Positions 8,308-17,423 of a DNA stretch of 59,943 nucleotides are shown in pieces (position 1 is the stretch's first letter; every line of letters begins with the position of its first letter). A program made the translations under genes and the position numbers. Source of the stretch: an uncultured Gammaproteobacteria bacterium (GTDB taxonomy: Bacteria > Patescibacteriota > Microgenomatia > UBA12405); contig CAYNEE010000002.1 of NCBI GenBank assembly GCA_964396145.1, forward strand, positions 1 through 59,943, written 5' to 3'. The notes under the pieces are model-generated. The model was not told the origin of the DNA. It ran no database searches and worked only from the letters and a program-made list of their open reading frames with translations.

Positions 8308-8928
8308 TTACTCCGGTACACACATCATGTTAGCCACAGTAGCACTAGGTGCTAAAGTCGCATCCACCCAGGTAGTCGGCAAGACACAGGTAGCACTCTG
8401 AGGTGAAATCGTCATAGCTCCAGTATCCAAACACTTCAACTTACCTCCTTGTTCACCGGTCCTGTTAGCCTTGGCTTTAGGAAAGAAACAGACATAATTG
8501 GTGTCCGTTCCATCGGTATAAGCGTAAAACATATCAACTGGCTTGGCGTTATCCTTAAAAGGAGCCTTGTTCAGAAAAGAGGTCTTAATTTCAGAAGTCT
8601 GAACTAAAGGAGAATCCGTAGTTCCGACATGGTTTACAAAAGCTGTCCCCACCACTCCAAACATGGGTACATTTCCTCGCATCACCTGAGCTGTTCCCGC
8701 TGGAATAGTCGTCCCCGAACCTGAATTCCAGGCATAGGCGTTTTGAGAAGCAAAGTAACGTTCATGAGCACTTAAAACTTCAGCCGCATCATTTTTAAAT
8801 TGGGAATCGCGGGCTTTATTGGTCTGTTCAATAGGATTTAAAGTTGCCAAAACTGCGACCGACAATATGGCAATTAAGGTGATAACTATCAATAGTTCCA
8901 CCAATGTAAAAGCTTTTCGCATTATCAT
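8308..8928 (-). CDS. Type IV pilin, probable major subunit
   Basis: N-terminus M(IM)RKAFTLVELLIVITLIAILSVAVLATLNPIEQ. It is the first pilin gene after pilC, is followed by its own terminator, and has a C-terminal Cys pair. Confidence 0.8.
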   Translation of the reverse strand: MIMRKAFTLVELLIVITLIAILSVAVLATLNPIEQTNKARDSQFKNDAAEVLSAHERYFASQNAYAWNSGSGTTIPAGTAQVMRGNVPMFGVVGTAFVNHVGTTDSPLVQTSEIKTSFLNKAPFKDNAKPVDMFYAYTDGTDTNYVCFFPKAKANRTGEQGGKLKCLDTGAMTISPQSATCVLPTTWVDATLAPSATVANMMCVPE

Positions 8929-8970
8929 TTTTTTTAAAATTTTTAACTAACTTATACCATTGTGGCATTT

Positions 8971-10185
8971 TTAAACGGAAGATGTCAAGGTATAGATAGG
9001 CATAATCACCGCCACCACCAAAAACCCGACCCCGATACCTAAAACTACCATGATAAGAGGCTCTATCGCTGCCGTCAGAGCCTTGACCGCTTCCTCAGCC
9101 TCTTTAGTAAAATAATCGGAAACCTTCATCAACACCTCATCCAATTTTCCCGTCGCCTCACCAGTGGAAATCATTTGATTAACAATTGGAGGGAAAATAC
9201 CTGTATTTTCAAAAGAAACTGCTACCGAAAAACCTTTTTGTACCTTTTCGGCAATTTCCAGAAAAGCTTTTTTATAAACCTCATTACCGGACACCGTTGC
9301 CACAATTTTTAAAGCCTCAACTAAAGTAATTCCGGCTGTCAACAACATGGATAAAGTCCGGGTAGTATTGGCCAAAACTGATTTTTCATTTAACACCCCC
9401 ATAATTGGAATTTTTAGTAATAATTTATCTCGGCGCAAATGAAATGCCTGACTATTCATGCCGACCCTATAAGCCATAAACAATCCCACGCCTATTAACG
9501 GAAACATAAACCATAATTTAGCCACAAAACTGGACACATTCATCAGAGCTTGGGTAATCTTTGGCATCTGGGCTGTCCCAAAATCAGCATACATGGCCGT
9601 CATTTTAGGGATTACAAAAATCATCATCACAAAAGCCACAATAATCATGGCCACAATCACGATAACCGGATAAATCATGGCTCCCTTGACCTTGCCTTGA
9701 AACTCACTTTGCCCCTCCATGGTGTCGGCTAATTTATTCATTACTTCATCCAAAACTCCCGCCTCCTCTCCAGCCGAAACAGAGGCAATATAAGCCTCTC
9801 CAAAAACTTTTTTAGAAGCCGAAAGTGATTTTCCTAGAGGCATCCCTCCTCGAACCTCATCCAAAGTCTTTGCCACAATTTGCCCCAAACCACTACCCTC
9901 ATCATATTGGTTTTTTAACAAGGCTAGAGCATCGGTCAGAGCCAACCCAGCTGTCAACATTGTTGATAATTGCCTGGTAAAAGTACTGACTTGTTTCAGA
10001 TTTGCTCTCCCTTTAAAGCTTCGGGTCAATTCAGAAAACATACCTCCTGATTTTGCCTCCACCGATAGGGGAATTAAACCGCTATCCTTAATCGAATCCA
10101 CCACCTCTTTTTTACTGGCCAAATCCAATTCTCCCTTAATTAGTTTTCCACTCCAATCCCTGGCTTTATAAGCAAACTTAGCCAT
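8971..10185 (-). CDS. pilC: Type IV pilus platform protein (GspF/PilC family)
   Basis: 404 aa with two repeats of the T2SS-F domain and three hydrophobic blocks. It overlaps the pilT stop. Confidence 0.9.
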   Translation of the reverse strand: MAKFAYKARDWSGKLIKGELDLASKKEVVDSIKDSGLIPLSVEAKSGGMFSELTRSFKGRANLKQVSTFTRQLSTMLTAGLALTDALALLKNQYDEGSGLGQIVAKTLDEVRGGMPLGKSLSASKKVFGEAYIASVSAGEEAGVLDEVMNKLADTMEGQSEFQGKVKGAMIYPVIVIVAMIIVAFVMMIFVIPKMTAMYADFGTAQMPKITQALMNVSSFVAKLWFMFPLIGVGLFMAYRVGMNSQAFHLRRDKLLLKIPIMGVLNEKSVLANTTRTLSMLLTAGITLVEALKIVATVSGNEVYKKAFLEIAEKVQKGFSVAVSFENTGIFPPIVNQMISTGEATGKLDEVLMKVSDYFTKEAEEAVKALTAAIEPLIMVVLGIGVGFLVVAVIMPIYTLTSSV

Positions 10186-11242
10186 TCTTCTTTAACAGTC
10201 TTAAACTATTAAGAAATTCTTCCGGTTTTAAAGCAAAGCTTGAGGCTAAATGCTCTTCAACCATCCCGCTTTTTACCAACCGGGCTAGTGACATTTCCAA
10301 TCCCACCATACCCTGATCTGCTCCGGTCTGAATAATATTGTCAATCATAAAAGTTTTCCCTTCCCTAATAGTATTGGCTAGAGCCGGATTGGCCATCAAT
10401 ATTTCCGTCGCTACTGCCCGTCGACCATCAATGGTCGGAATTAATCGTTGCGACACCACTGCTGACAACACTGAAGCAAGCTGCATTCTGATCTGGGGCT
10501 TACTACCCTCGGAAAAGACATCAATAATTCTGTCAATTGATTGGGCAGCCGAATTAGTATGTAGAGTCGAAAAAACCAAGTGTCCTGTTTCTGCTACCGT
10601 CAAGGCCAATTGTATAGTTTCCAAATCTCTCATTTCTCCCACAAAAACCACATTTGGATCCTGACGCAACGAAGATTTCAAGGCTCTACCAAAACTGAGA
10701 GTATCCTCTCCCAATTCTCTTTGGGCAATTAGCGACTTTATTGGTCTAATAATATACTCAATCGGATCCTCAATTGTCACAATATTTACCGATTTTTCCT
10801 TGTTAATTTCATTTAGAATCGAGGCTACCGTGGTTGATTTTCCCTGTCCTGTTGGCCCAGTCACCAGCACAAAACCCTGCCTTAATTTAGTAAAAGTTCT
10901 TACCACTTCCGGTAAGCCTAAACTTCCCAGTTCCGGAATTTGGTCAACAATTACCCTCAGAGCACAGGCAAGCTGTCCCTTTTGATTAAAAATATTAACC
11001 CTAAAACGGTATTCTTCCAAAGTTACCGATAAATCCATTTCTTTTTCCACCACAAACCTTTCTTTTTGTTTTTCATTTAACAAAGACAAAATCAATTCCG
11101 GATCATCAATCGATCCAAAAGTACCGATATCAATCAGTGAACCCTGGACTCTCATTTTAGGCACCTGTCCAATCTGTAAATGTATATCCGAAGCGCCATT
11201 TGCAATCGCTAGTTTACAAATCTCTTCTGTTTTTGAATGCAT
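10178..11242 (-). CDS. pilT: Type IV pilus retraction ATPase
   Basis: 354 aa with Walker A GPTGQGKST, the ASDIHL motif and the GHLVFSTLHTN His box. It has no GspE N-terminal domain, which is typical of PilT. Confidence 0.9.
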   Translation of the reverse strand: MHSKTEEICKLAIANGASDIHLQIGQVPKMRVQGSLIDIGTFGSIDDPELILSLLNEKQKERFVVEKEMDLSVTLEEYRFRVNIFNQKGQLACALRVIVDQIPELGSLGLPEVVRTFTKLRQGFVLVTGPTGQGKSTTVASILNEINKEKSVNIVTIEDPIEYIIRPIKSLIAQRELGEDTLSFGRALKSSLRQDPNVVFVGEMRDLETIQLALTVAETGHLVFSTLHTNSAAQSIDRIIDVFSEGSKPQIRMQLASVLSAVVSQRLIPTIDGRRAVATEILMANPALANTIREGKTFMIDNIIQTGADQGMVGLEMSLARLVKSGMVEEHLASSFALKPEEFLNSLRLLKKNG

Positions 11243-11244
11243 TT

Positions 11245-12984
11245 TTAATATTGTGCCACCCGCAAAACTTCGTCTGCAGTGGTAATTCCTTCTAAAACTT
11301 TAACGTAACCATCTTGTTTCATAGTCAACATGCCCTCCTCAACCGCTTGTTTTTGAATCGCCGAGGCCGCCGCATGTTCCACTATTAGTTTACTGATTTT
11401 TTCGCTTATCGGCATGACTTCATAAATAGCAATTCTTCCCATATATCCGGTATTATTACATTTAGTACAGCCCACTGCCTTGGGTATACGCAAAGTTTTA
11501 CCTTCTTTTTTAGCCTTTTCTTCCAACATCCCATATATCGGTCCCAAAGTTTCTTTAAACTCGGTCAAAGTCGCCGGATCAATTTCTACAAATTGCCTAC
11601 ATTCTGGGCAAAGTCTTCTTAAAACCCGCTGGGCTACCACACAAGTTAGTGCTGAAATCAACAAAAACGGCTCCACTCCCATATCTATCATCCGGGGTGG
11701 CGCTCCCGAAGCATCATTAGTATGCAGAGTTGAAAAGACCAAATGTCCAGTCAAAGAAGCGTTAATAGCCAGTTCTGCCGTTTCCGTATCCCGGATTTCC
11801 CCGACCATCATAATATTTGGATCCTGACGTAAAAAAGATCTTAAGGCTGAGGCAAAAGTCAATCCCGCCTGAACGTTTACCTGGACCTGATTAACTCCTT
11901 TCATCTGATACTCAACCGGGTCTTCAATGGTAACTACATTTACCTTTGGAGTCGCCACCTTATCCAAAATTGAATAAAGGGTGGTAGTTTTACCAGAACC
12001 TGTCGGACCGCAGACAATAATAATCCCGTGAGGTCTTTCAATCGCTTCAATTAAATTTTTCAATGCAAGACCCCTTAAACCCAAATCCGGCAAAGAGGGG
12101 ACTTTGGTCGATTTTCTTAGCAAACGCATTACTACCTTTTCTCCGTATGATACCGGCAAAGTCGAGATACGCAAATCAACTTCATTGCCGTCTACGTTAA
12201 TGTTAAAACGTCCATCCTGAGGGATTCTTTTTTCATCAATTTTTAAGTTAGCCAAAATCTTAATCCGGGAAACTACTGCCTCCAACACGTTTCGAGGCAG
12301 TACATATTTTTCCTGTAAAATACCGTCAATCCTATAACGGACCCTCACATTCTCCTCAAGCGGTTCTATATGGACATCAGAAGCCCGGGAGCGGACCGCG
12401 TATTCCAAAATAGTATTAACAATTTTGGCAATCGGTGCCTCTGTTGTTACCGCCTTGTCTGTTTCTGCCTGAATCTTGGCCTCATCAGCCTTTCTCTCAT
12501 CCAAAGCTTTACTCACCTCCGAAGTAATTCCCTTTTCCCTTTCATATTTTTCCTGGATAAAAGCGTCAATTTTAGACTCCAAAGCCATTGCCGCCTTGAT
12601 CCTCAGACCGGTCTTTTTTTCCAAAAACTCAATTGTTTCCAAGTCCAAGGGGTTGGCCATCGCCACTTCCAAAATTTTATTTTTGGGATCCATCCGATAG
12701 GGGACCAGGTGGTACTTTTCAGCTACACTCTGAGCCACCAACGACAACGCCTCTGGAGAAAAGCCGATTTCATCTAAATCTACAAAAGGAATTTTTAAAA
12801 ATTCCGCCTTGTATTTCAAAAAATCTTCTTCTGGAAACAACCTCATCGAACGGATAATCGACTCTTCGTTCTCGCCACTTTTAACCATCTTCAAGCTAAT
12901 TTCCTCAGCCTGAGATTCGTTGATTACCCCCTTATCTAAAAGAAGTTCGCTTAATTTTTTATAGTTTTTTAATTCGGCAGGCAT
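11245..12984 (-). CDS. pilB: Type IV pilus assembly ATPase (GspE/PilB family)
   Basis: 579 aa with a GspE-N domain, Walker A GPTGSGKTT, the GHLVFSTLHTN motif and a tetracysteine motif (CPECRQ...CTKCNNTGY). Confidence 0.9.
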   Translation of the reverse strand: MPAELKNYKKLSELLLDKGVINESQAEEISLKMVKSGENEESIIRSMRLFPEEDFLKYKAEFLKIPFVDLDEIGFSPEALSLVAQSVAEKYHLVPYRMDPKNKILEVAMANPLDLETIEFLEKKTGLRIKAAMALESKIDAFIQEKYEREKGITSEVSKALDERKADEAKIQAETDKAVTTEAPIAKIVNTILEYAVRSRASDVHIEPLEENVRVRYRIDGILQEKYVLPRNVLEAVVSRIKILANLKIDEKRIPQDGRFNINVDGNEVDLRISTLPVSYGEKVVMRLLRKSTKVPSLPDLGLRGLALKNLIEAIERPHGIIIVCGPTGSGKTTTLYSILDKVATPKVNVVTIEDPVEYQMKGVNQVQVNVQAGLTFASALRSFLRQDPNIMMVGEIRDTETAELAINASLTGHLVFSTLHTNDASGAPPRMIDMGVEPFLLISALTCVVAQRVLRRLCPECRQFVEIDPATLTEFKETLGPIYGMLEEKAKKEGKTLRIPKAVGCTKCNNTGYMGRIAIYEVMPISEKISKLIVEHAAASAIQKQAVEEGMLTMKQDGYVKVLEGITTADEVLRVAQY

Positions 12985-13006
12985 ACACTATAATCAATAG
13001 TAGACT

Positions 13007-13633
13007 ATGCCGCACTTTCCTTCAAGCCTTATTATCAGTCCTTCCCCCCAATCTTCACGTCAAAAAGCACTAGATATTTTTTCCGAATTAAATCATCTCC
13101 CAGACAATAATCCCGACCTTTTAGAACTGACGGAATACACAATTGAGGCCGTCCGTAAACTTAAAAAATTTCTCTCTCAAAAACCCTATAACCATGAAAG
13201 CAAAATTATTTTCATCCCCGAAGCCCAGGAACTTAATTTAGAATCACAAAACACTCTTTTGAAAACTCTTGAAGATCCTGGAAAAGATAATTATATTATC
13301 CTCACCTCCACCCGTCCCGCCCGACTGCTACCAACCATTATTTCCCGTTGCCATCAAATCAAAATTACTCCTGCCGTTTCCTCAAAAGAAGTCAAGCCTA
13401 TCAAAACCAGCGGTTACCCTAAAAAAGATTTAGCTCTAGCCGCTAGCCTCTACACCGACAAAAGTGAAATCAAAGCTTTACTCTTGAACCAGGTTAACGC
13501 CTGGCAGGAGGAACTGACCAAAAATCCCACTCCAAAAACCGCCCAAACCCTCTCTGCTCTGATTCACTCTCTGGAGCTTATCGAAGCCAATGTCGACCCC
13601 AAAAGCGCCCTAGATTGGTTTCTACTGTCCTAA
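13007..13633 (+). CDS. holB: Short DNA polymerase III delta-prime-like clamp-loader subunit
   Basis: 208 aa with the motifs QNTLLKTLEDP and LPTIISRC (sensor 1 and SRC). It lacks a Walker A motif. Confidence 0.6.
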   Translation: MPHFPSSLIISPSPQSSRQKALDIFSELNHLPDNNPDLLELTEYTIEAVRKLKKFLSQKPYNHESKIIFIPEAQELNLESQNTLLKTLEDPGKDNYIILTSTRPARLLPTIISRCHQIKITPAVSSKEVKPIKTSGYPKKDLALAASLYTDKSEIKALLLNQVNAWQEELTKNPTPKTAQTLSALIHSLELIEANVDPKSALDWFLLS

Positions 13634-13998
13634 AAACCCTTCCCCGTCCCTTCCCTTGACAGGGCAGGGTGAATAAACTGTAAAATTTTCTTTTTTACCT
13701 CATCTAAGCTGCCCAAAACTTCTTCATTTGTAAACCTCAAGGTTTCAATTCCACAAACTTGTAAAAATTTATCTCTATACCTATCTTTTTCTTTAACTCT
13801 TACATGATAACCACCGTCAATTTCAATAGCCAGACACAAAGAGGCACAATAAAAATCTAATATAAATCTATCTAATGCCTTTTGACGAATAAACTTGACT
13901 CCTAATTGTTTTCGCCTCAACAACCGATTCCAAATAATTTTTTCGGCCTCCGTTTCACTCCGACGATGACGTCTCGATTCTCCTGTTAATTCTTCCAA
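13630..13998 (-). CDS. DUF559 (Vsr-like endonuclease fold) domain protein
   Basis: 122 aa. The sequence EAEKIIWNRLLRRKQLGVKFIRQKALDRFILDFYC...AIEIDGGYH resembles the DUF559 family pattern. Its last 12 codons are encoded by one copy of the hairpin repeat. Confidence 0.7.
   Translation of the reverse strand: MEELTGESRRHRRSETEAEKIIWNRLLRRKQLGVKFIRQKALDRFILDFYCASLCLAIEIDGGYHVRVKEKDRYRDKFLQVCGIETLRFTNEEVLGSLDEVKKKILQFIHPALSREGTGKGF
13636..13672 (-). repeat. G-rich hairpin repeat, copy 2 (minus orientation)
   Basis: The reverse complement reads CACCCTGCCCT-GTCA-AGGGAAGGG-ACGGGGAAGGGTT. Confidence 0.7.
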
Positions 13999-14077
13999 AT
14001 ATCGTACATGATATTTTTTGTCTTTAATTCTACTACAACTCCATTTTTCATTGTATTTTAAATTACATTAAATAAAA

Positions 14078-14120
14078 CCCCTTGCCCTGTCAAGGGAAAG
14101 GGGTAGGGGATAGGGTTTCT
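14078..14120 (+). repeat. G-rich hairpin repeat, copy 3 (plus orientation)
   Basis: CCCCTTGCCCT-GTCA-AGGGAAAGGGG-TAGGGGATAGGGTTT: an 11-bp stem with one mismatch, followed by a G-rich tail. Confidence 0.7.
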
Positions 14121-14265
14121 CACTCTCCAACTCCTTGTCAAAGAGAGACACGGCCCCGCGGAGGTGTGACCACTAAGGGAGATTGAGAAAAGAGGGGATA
14201 AGGTTTAAAACAATTCCCGCATTTTCCCCTCACACTTTTTAAAAAACTGATATAATAGGGCCACC

Positions 14266-15396
14266 ATGTTTTCTCCGATATTTACCATTAATAACCAGAT
14301 TTTAAAAAACATCGGTACTCTTGAGGCTGCCAAGGCTGTCATTGATGAGGCACCTCTGATTCCTGCTTACGAAAAACAGTTTCAGCAAGAAGCTGTCATC
14401 CGCACCGTCCATTATGGTACCCGGATTGAAGGTAACGATCTCACTTATCAGGATGTGGCAAAGCTTGTCGAAGGCCGTGAAGTTACTGCTGCCGACCGGG
14501 ATATTCAGGAAGTTATCAATTACAGAAACGTCATTAACTACCTTGAGGAAATTTGGGCCACCTATGACGCCGGATTACCGTTACCAGAAGAAAAATACAA
14601 AGAGGGTATTGACCCTAAAAACAGGCTATTTTTTTACAGTGAAACCATTATCAAAAAGATTCACGAGTTGACCACTGTCAAAATTATCGACGAAGCCGAC
14701 GTCGGTAAATACCGCCGCCAACAGGTCGTTTTAAAAAATACTAAAACCGGCGAAATTGCTCATCGACCCCCTCCGGCTATCGAAGTACCCTATTTGATTA
14801 CCGACTTTGTCGCCTGGTTAAACGACTCCAAATCCAGAGAAATTCATCCGGCTATTAGAGCCGCCATTACTCAATATGTTTTAGTCGCCATCCACCCTTT
14901 TGTTGAAGGAAATGGCCGTGTTTCCCGGGCTTTTGGAATATTACCTCTCTATGTCGAGGGTTATGACATCCGCCGTCTTTTTTCCATTGAAGAATATTTT
15001 GATAGAAACGCCGAAACTTATTACAATACCCTCCAGTCCACCCACGAAAAAAATAGTGACATTTTTGAACGTGACCTGACCGACTGGGTGACCTATTACA
15101 CGGAAGTCTTGGCCATCGAGCTTTCTCGGGTCAAAGACAAAGTCCAGACTCTCTCCCGGGACCTAAAATTCAAACAAAAACTTGGCGGCAAGCAAGTTCA
15201 TTTAACCGAAAGACAAATAAAATTAGTCGAATACATGCAGCAATTTGGCGGCTTACGCATGCCCGATGCCAAATCTCTTTTACCTATGGTTAGTGACGAC
15301 ACCATCTGGCGTGACCTCAAAAAACTTATTGACGATAAGGTCGTCCAAAAACGCGGCTCCACCAAGGGTGCTTATTACTGTCTTAGCAATGTTTAA
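14266..15396 (+). CDS. Fic family protein (AMPylase-type), with a Fic_N-like motif and a C-terminal wHTH-like region
   Basis: The Fic motif HPFVEGNGRVSRA is present (HxFx[D/E]GNGRxxR). An upstream TRIEGN segment resembles the inhibitory motif. A TATAAT box lies at 14249-14254. Confidence 0.9.
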   Translation: MFSPIFTINNQILKNIGTLEAAKAVIDEAPLIPAYEKQFQQEAVIRTVHYGTRIEGNDLTYQDVAKLVEGREVTAADRDIQEVINYRNVINYLEEIWATYDAGLPLPEEKYKEGIDPKNRLFFYSETIIKKIHELTTVKIIDEADVGKYRRQQVVLKNTKTGEIAHRPPPAIEVPYLITDFVAWLNDSKSREIHPAIRAAITQYVLVAIHPFVEGNGRVSRAFGILPLYVEGYDIRRLFSIEEYFDRNAETYYNTLQSTHEKNSDIFERDLTDWVTYYTEVLAIELSRVKDKVQTLSRDLKFKQKLGGKQVHLTERQIKLVEYMQQFGGLRMPDAKSLLPMVSDDTIWRDLKKLIDDKVVQKRGSTKGAYYCLSNV

Positions 15397-15476
15397 GCTC
15401 CAATTATCAATCTACAATTTCCAATTATTAAAGATTGAACTCTGAAGACTGAAGATTGAAGATTTATAATAACCTC

Positions 15477-17423
15477 ATGTACTCTCTTTCCGACTTTGAC
15501 CTGGAAACTCTCTCCCCCCAAAAGCTTGGCGAAATTTTAGTCGATGCCAAAAAAGCCTACTATACCACCGGTCGACCCCTCATGGATGACCATACCTACG
15601 ATACCCTAGAAGCTGTCTTAAAGAAAAAATCACCCTACCATCGGCTCTTTTCCAAAGTCGGTCACGATAATTTCGACACCGGCTGGGAGAAAAAGAGTCA
15701 TTCTATACCCATGGGTTCCCAAAACAAAGTCAGCACCTACAAAGATCTCATCCACTATTTTGAATTAAAAAACAAATCTTCCCCCTTTCTTCAAAGGGGG
15801 ACTAGAGGGGGATTTTTGGTCCAACCTAAATGTGACGGCATCTCTTTGGAAATCAGATATGAAAACGGTCATCTGCTGGATGCCATTACCCGGGGTGACG
15901 GCCACACCGGTGATGTCATTACCCAGAATGTCGTCAAAATGAAACAAGTAGTTTTAACCACCGCCAAAAAATTCAACGGTTCGGTCCGCTGCGAAATCCT
16001 CGTCACCAAAAAAGACTTTGTTGAGTTAAACAAATTGGTAAAAAATGAGGCAGGGCTTTACTCCAACCCCCGTAACGCCGCCTCCGGCCTCTCCCAACGT
16101 CTCGACGGTCTTTATTCTGAATTTTGTACTTTATATGCTACTGATATTTCTGGAAATTTTTCTACCGAGTCAGAAAAAATTTCTCTTCTAAAAAACCTCG
16201 GCTTCACCTCCGTTGAATCACATCTCTGTCAAAGTTTTGAAGACATCGAAAAAATTTATCAGAATTTTTTACGCCGGGATAGGGGAGTCTATCCCTATGA
16301 CATCGACGGCCTGGTCGTCAAAATCAATAATCTTGACATTGCCACGAGTCTTGGACAAAAAAATGGTCGCCCCAAATACCAGGTTGCCTACAAGTTTCCC
16401 GCCGATTCTAACCAAAGTGTCATTAAAAACATCACCTGGCAGGTTGGCCCCCTGGGTTCCATCACTCCGGTAGCCGAAGTTGAACCGGTCGAGATTTCCG
16501 GAGCCATTATCAACTTTGCCTCTCTTGGTAATTATGACTTAGTCCTCAAAAAAAACCTAAATACTGGTGATATCATTGAAATCTCCCGTCGTGGCGATGT
16601 CATTCCCCATATTGAAAAAGTCATTACCAAAGTCAATGCTGGCACCACCCCCATTCCTACCCATTGCCCTGCCTGTAAGACCCCACTTCTTAAAGAAGAC
16701 AAATTTCTCCGTTGTCCAAACGGCCATCACTGCTTGCCTCAAATTTTAGGATCACTTCGGCTTTTTTGCGACAAGCTCAACATCCTTGGCCTTTCCGACA
16801 AGACTATCGAAAAGCTCTATCACTCCGGCAAACTAAAAAAACCCGGCGATTTTTACAAATTAAAAGTTGAAGATATCGCCAATCTCGACAATCTGGGAGA
16901 AAAATCAGCCAAAAATGTTCTCCATCAAATTGCCTCTAAAAAAACCCTCAGTCTTAAAGAGCTTTTTACCGCTGCCTCTATCCCTGATTTCTCAGCAGCC
17001 AGAATACAACAACTCATCACTGCCGGTTTTAACACCCCCGAAAAACTATTAGACATTACCCTAAACGACATTCTCTCCCAAAAAGGTTTTCAAAAAACTT
17101 TAGCCCAAAAAATAATTAATGGTATAAATTTTAGGAAAGAATGGATTATATCGATACTTATCAATACGTCTTTAATTACTCCTAAATCCCACAAAGGAAC
17201 TTTGTCCGGTCTGACTTTTGCCATTACCGGCACTCTCTCCCGGTCCCGTAACTCAGTCATCAAAGAGATTGAAAATGCGGGTGGCAAATTTCACTCCGCC
17301 GTCAGTAAAAACACCTCTTATCTAATTACCAATGACACCACCACTAATTCTTCTAAATTAACTGACGCCCAAAAAAATGGAGTTAAAATTATCAACGAAA
17401 ATGATTTTCAAAAATTACTCTGA
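15477..17423 (+). CDS. ligA: NAD-dependent DNA ligase
   Basis: It has the adenylation motif KCDGISLE (KxDG), TRGDG, OB and Zn-finger regions (CPAC...C..G.HC), HhH motifs and a C-terminal BRCT. The start is moved to ATG 15477 because the track's TTG at 15456 lies inside a TATAAT box (15465-15470). Confidence 0.9.
   Translation: MYSLSDFDLETLSPQKLGEILVDAKKAYYTTGRPLMDDHTYDTLEAVLKKKSPYHRLFSKVGHDNFDTGWEKKSHSIPMGSQNKVSTYKDLIHYFELKNKSSPFLQRGTRGGFLVQPKCDGISLEIRYENGHLLDAITRGDGHTGDVITQNVVKMKQVVLTTAKKFNGSVRCEILVTKKDFVELNKLVKNEAGLYSNPRNAASGLSQRLDGLYSEFCTLYATDISGNFSTESEKISLLKNLGFTSVESHLCQSFEDIEKIYQNFLRRDRGVYPYDIDGLVVKINNLDIATSLGQKNGRPKYQVAYKFPADSNQSVIKNITWQVGPLGSITPVAEVEPVEISGAIINFASLGNYDLVLKKNLNTGDIIEISRRGDVIPHIEKVITKVNAGTTPIPTHCPACKTPLLKEDKFLRCPNGHHCLPQILGSLRLFCDKLNILGLSDKTIEKLYHSGKLKKPGDFYKLKVEDIANLDNLGEKSAKNVLHQIASKKTLSLKELFTAASIPDFSAARIQQLITAGFNTPEKLLDITLNDILSQKGFQKTLAQKIINGINFRKEWIISILINTSLITPKSHKGTLSGLTFAITGTLSRSRNSVIKEIENAGGKFHSAVSKNTSYLITNDTTTNSSKLTDAQKNGVKIINENDFQKLL
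15781..15817 (+). repeat. G-rich hairpin repeat, copy 4, in frame inside ligA
   Basis: CCCCCTTT-CTTC-AAAGGGGG-ACTAGAGGGGGATTTTT. The perfect 8-bp hairpin encodes SPFLQRGTRGGF just upstream of the KxDG motif. Confidence 0.65.

Larger units (their letters stand above)
13636..14120 (-). mobile_element. Candidate small selfish module: the DUF559 gene bounded by inverted copies of a ~40-nt G-rich hairpin repeat
   Basis: 13636-13672 and 14078-14120 are in inverted orientation and share the exact 16-mer TGCCCTGTCAAGGGAA within similar hairpin-plus-GGGG-tail architectures. Confidence 0.35.

Noticed and set aside
12440-12500. CUGAUGAG on the minus strand inside pilB, with a possible GGCC...GGC stem and GAAAC
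   Set aside because: The stem II closing pair would be G:A. No stem I or stem III partners and no NUH site are present. The sequence simply encodes KADEAKIQAETDK.
10338-12857. Multiple plus-strand ORFs of 60-135 aa antisense to pilT and pilB (for example 10338..10664, 11480..11827, 12370..12777). Similar antisense ORFs occur within gyrB, gyrA, dnaX, dnaB and other genes.
   Set aside because: They lie opposite strongly supported conserved genes and have low-complexity translations without motifs, so they are antisense-frame artefacts.
15456-15476. TTG start of the ligA track ORF (MKIYNNL...)
   Set aside because: These codons overlap a TATAAT box (15465-15470). The in-frame ATG at 15477 gives a normal LigA N-terminus.
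17421-17423. Alternative genetic code (UGA recoded, as in some CPR lineages such as Gracilibacteria/SR1)
   Set aside because: TGA ends conserved genes at the expected positions (for example ligA at 17421-17423, and the ORF at 1377-1379). No conserved gene shows in-frame TGA.
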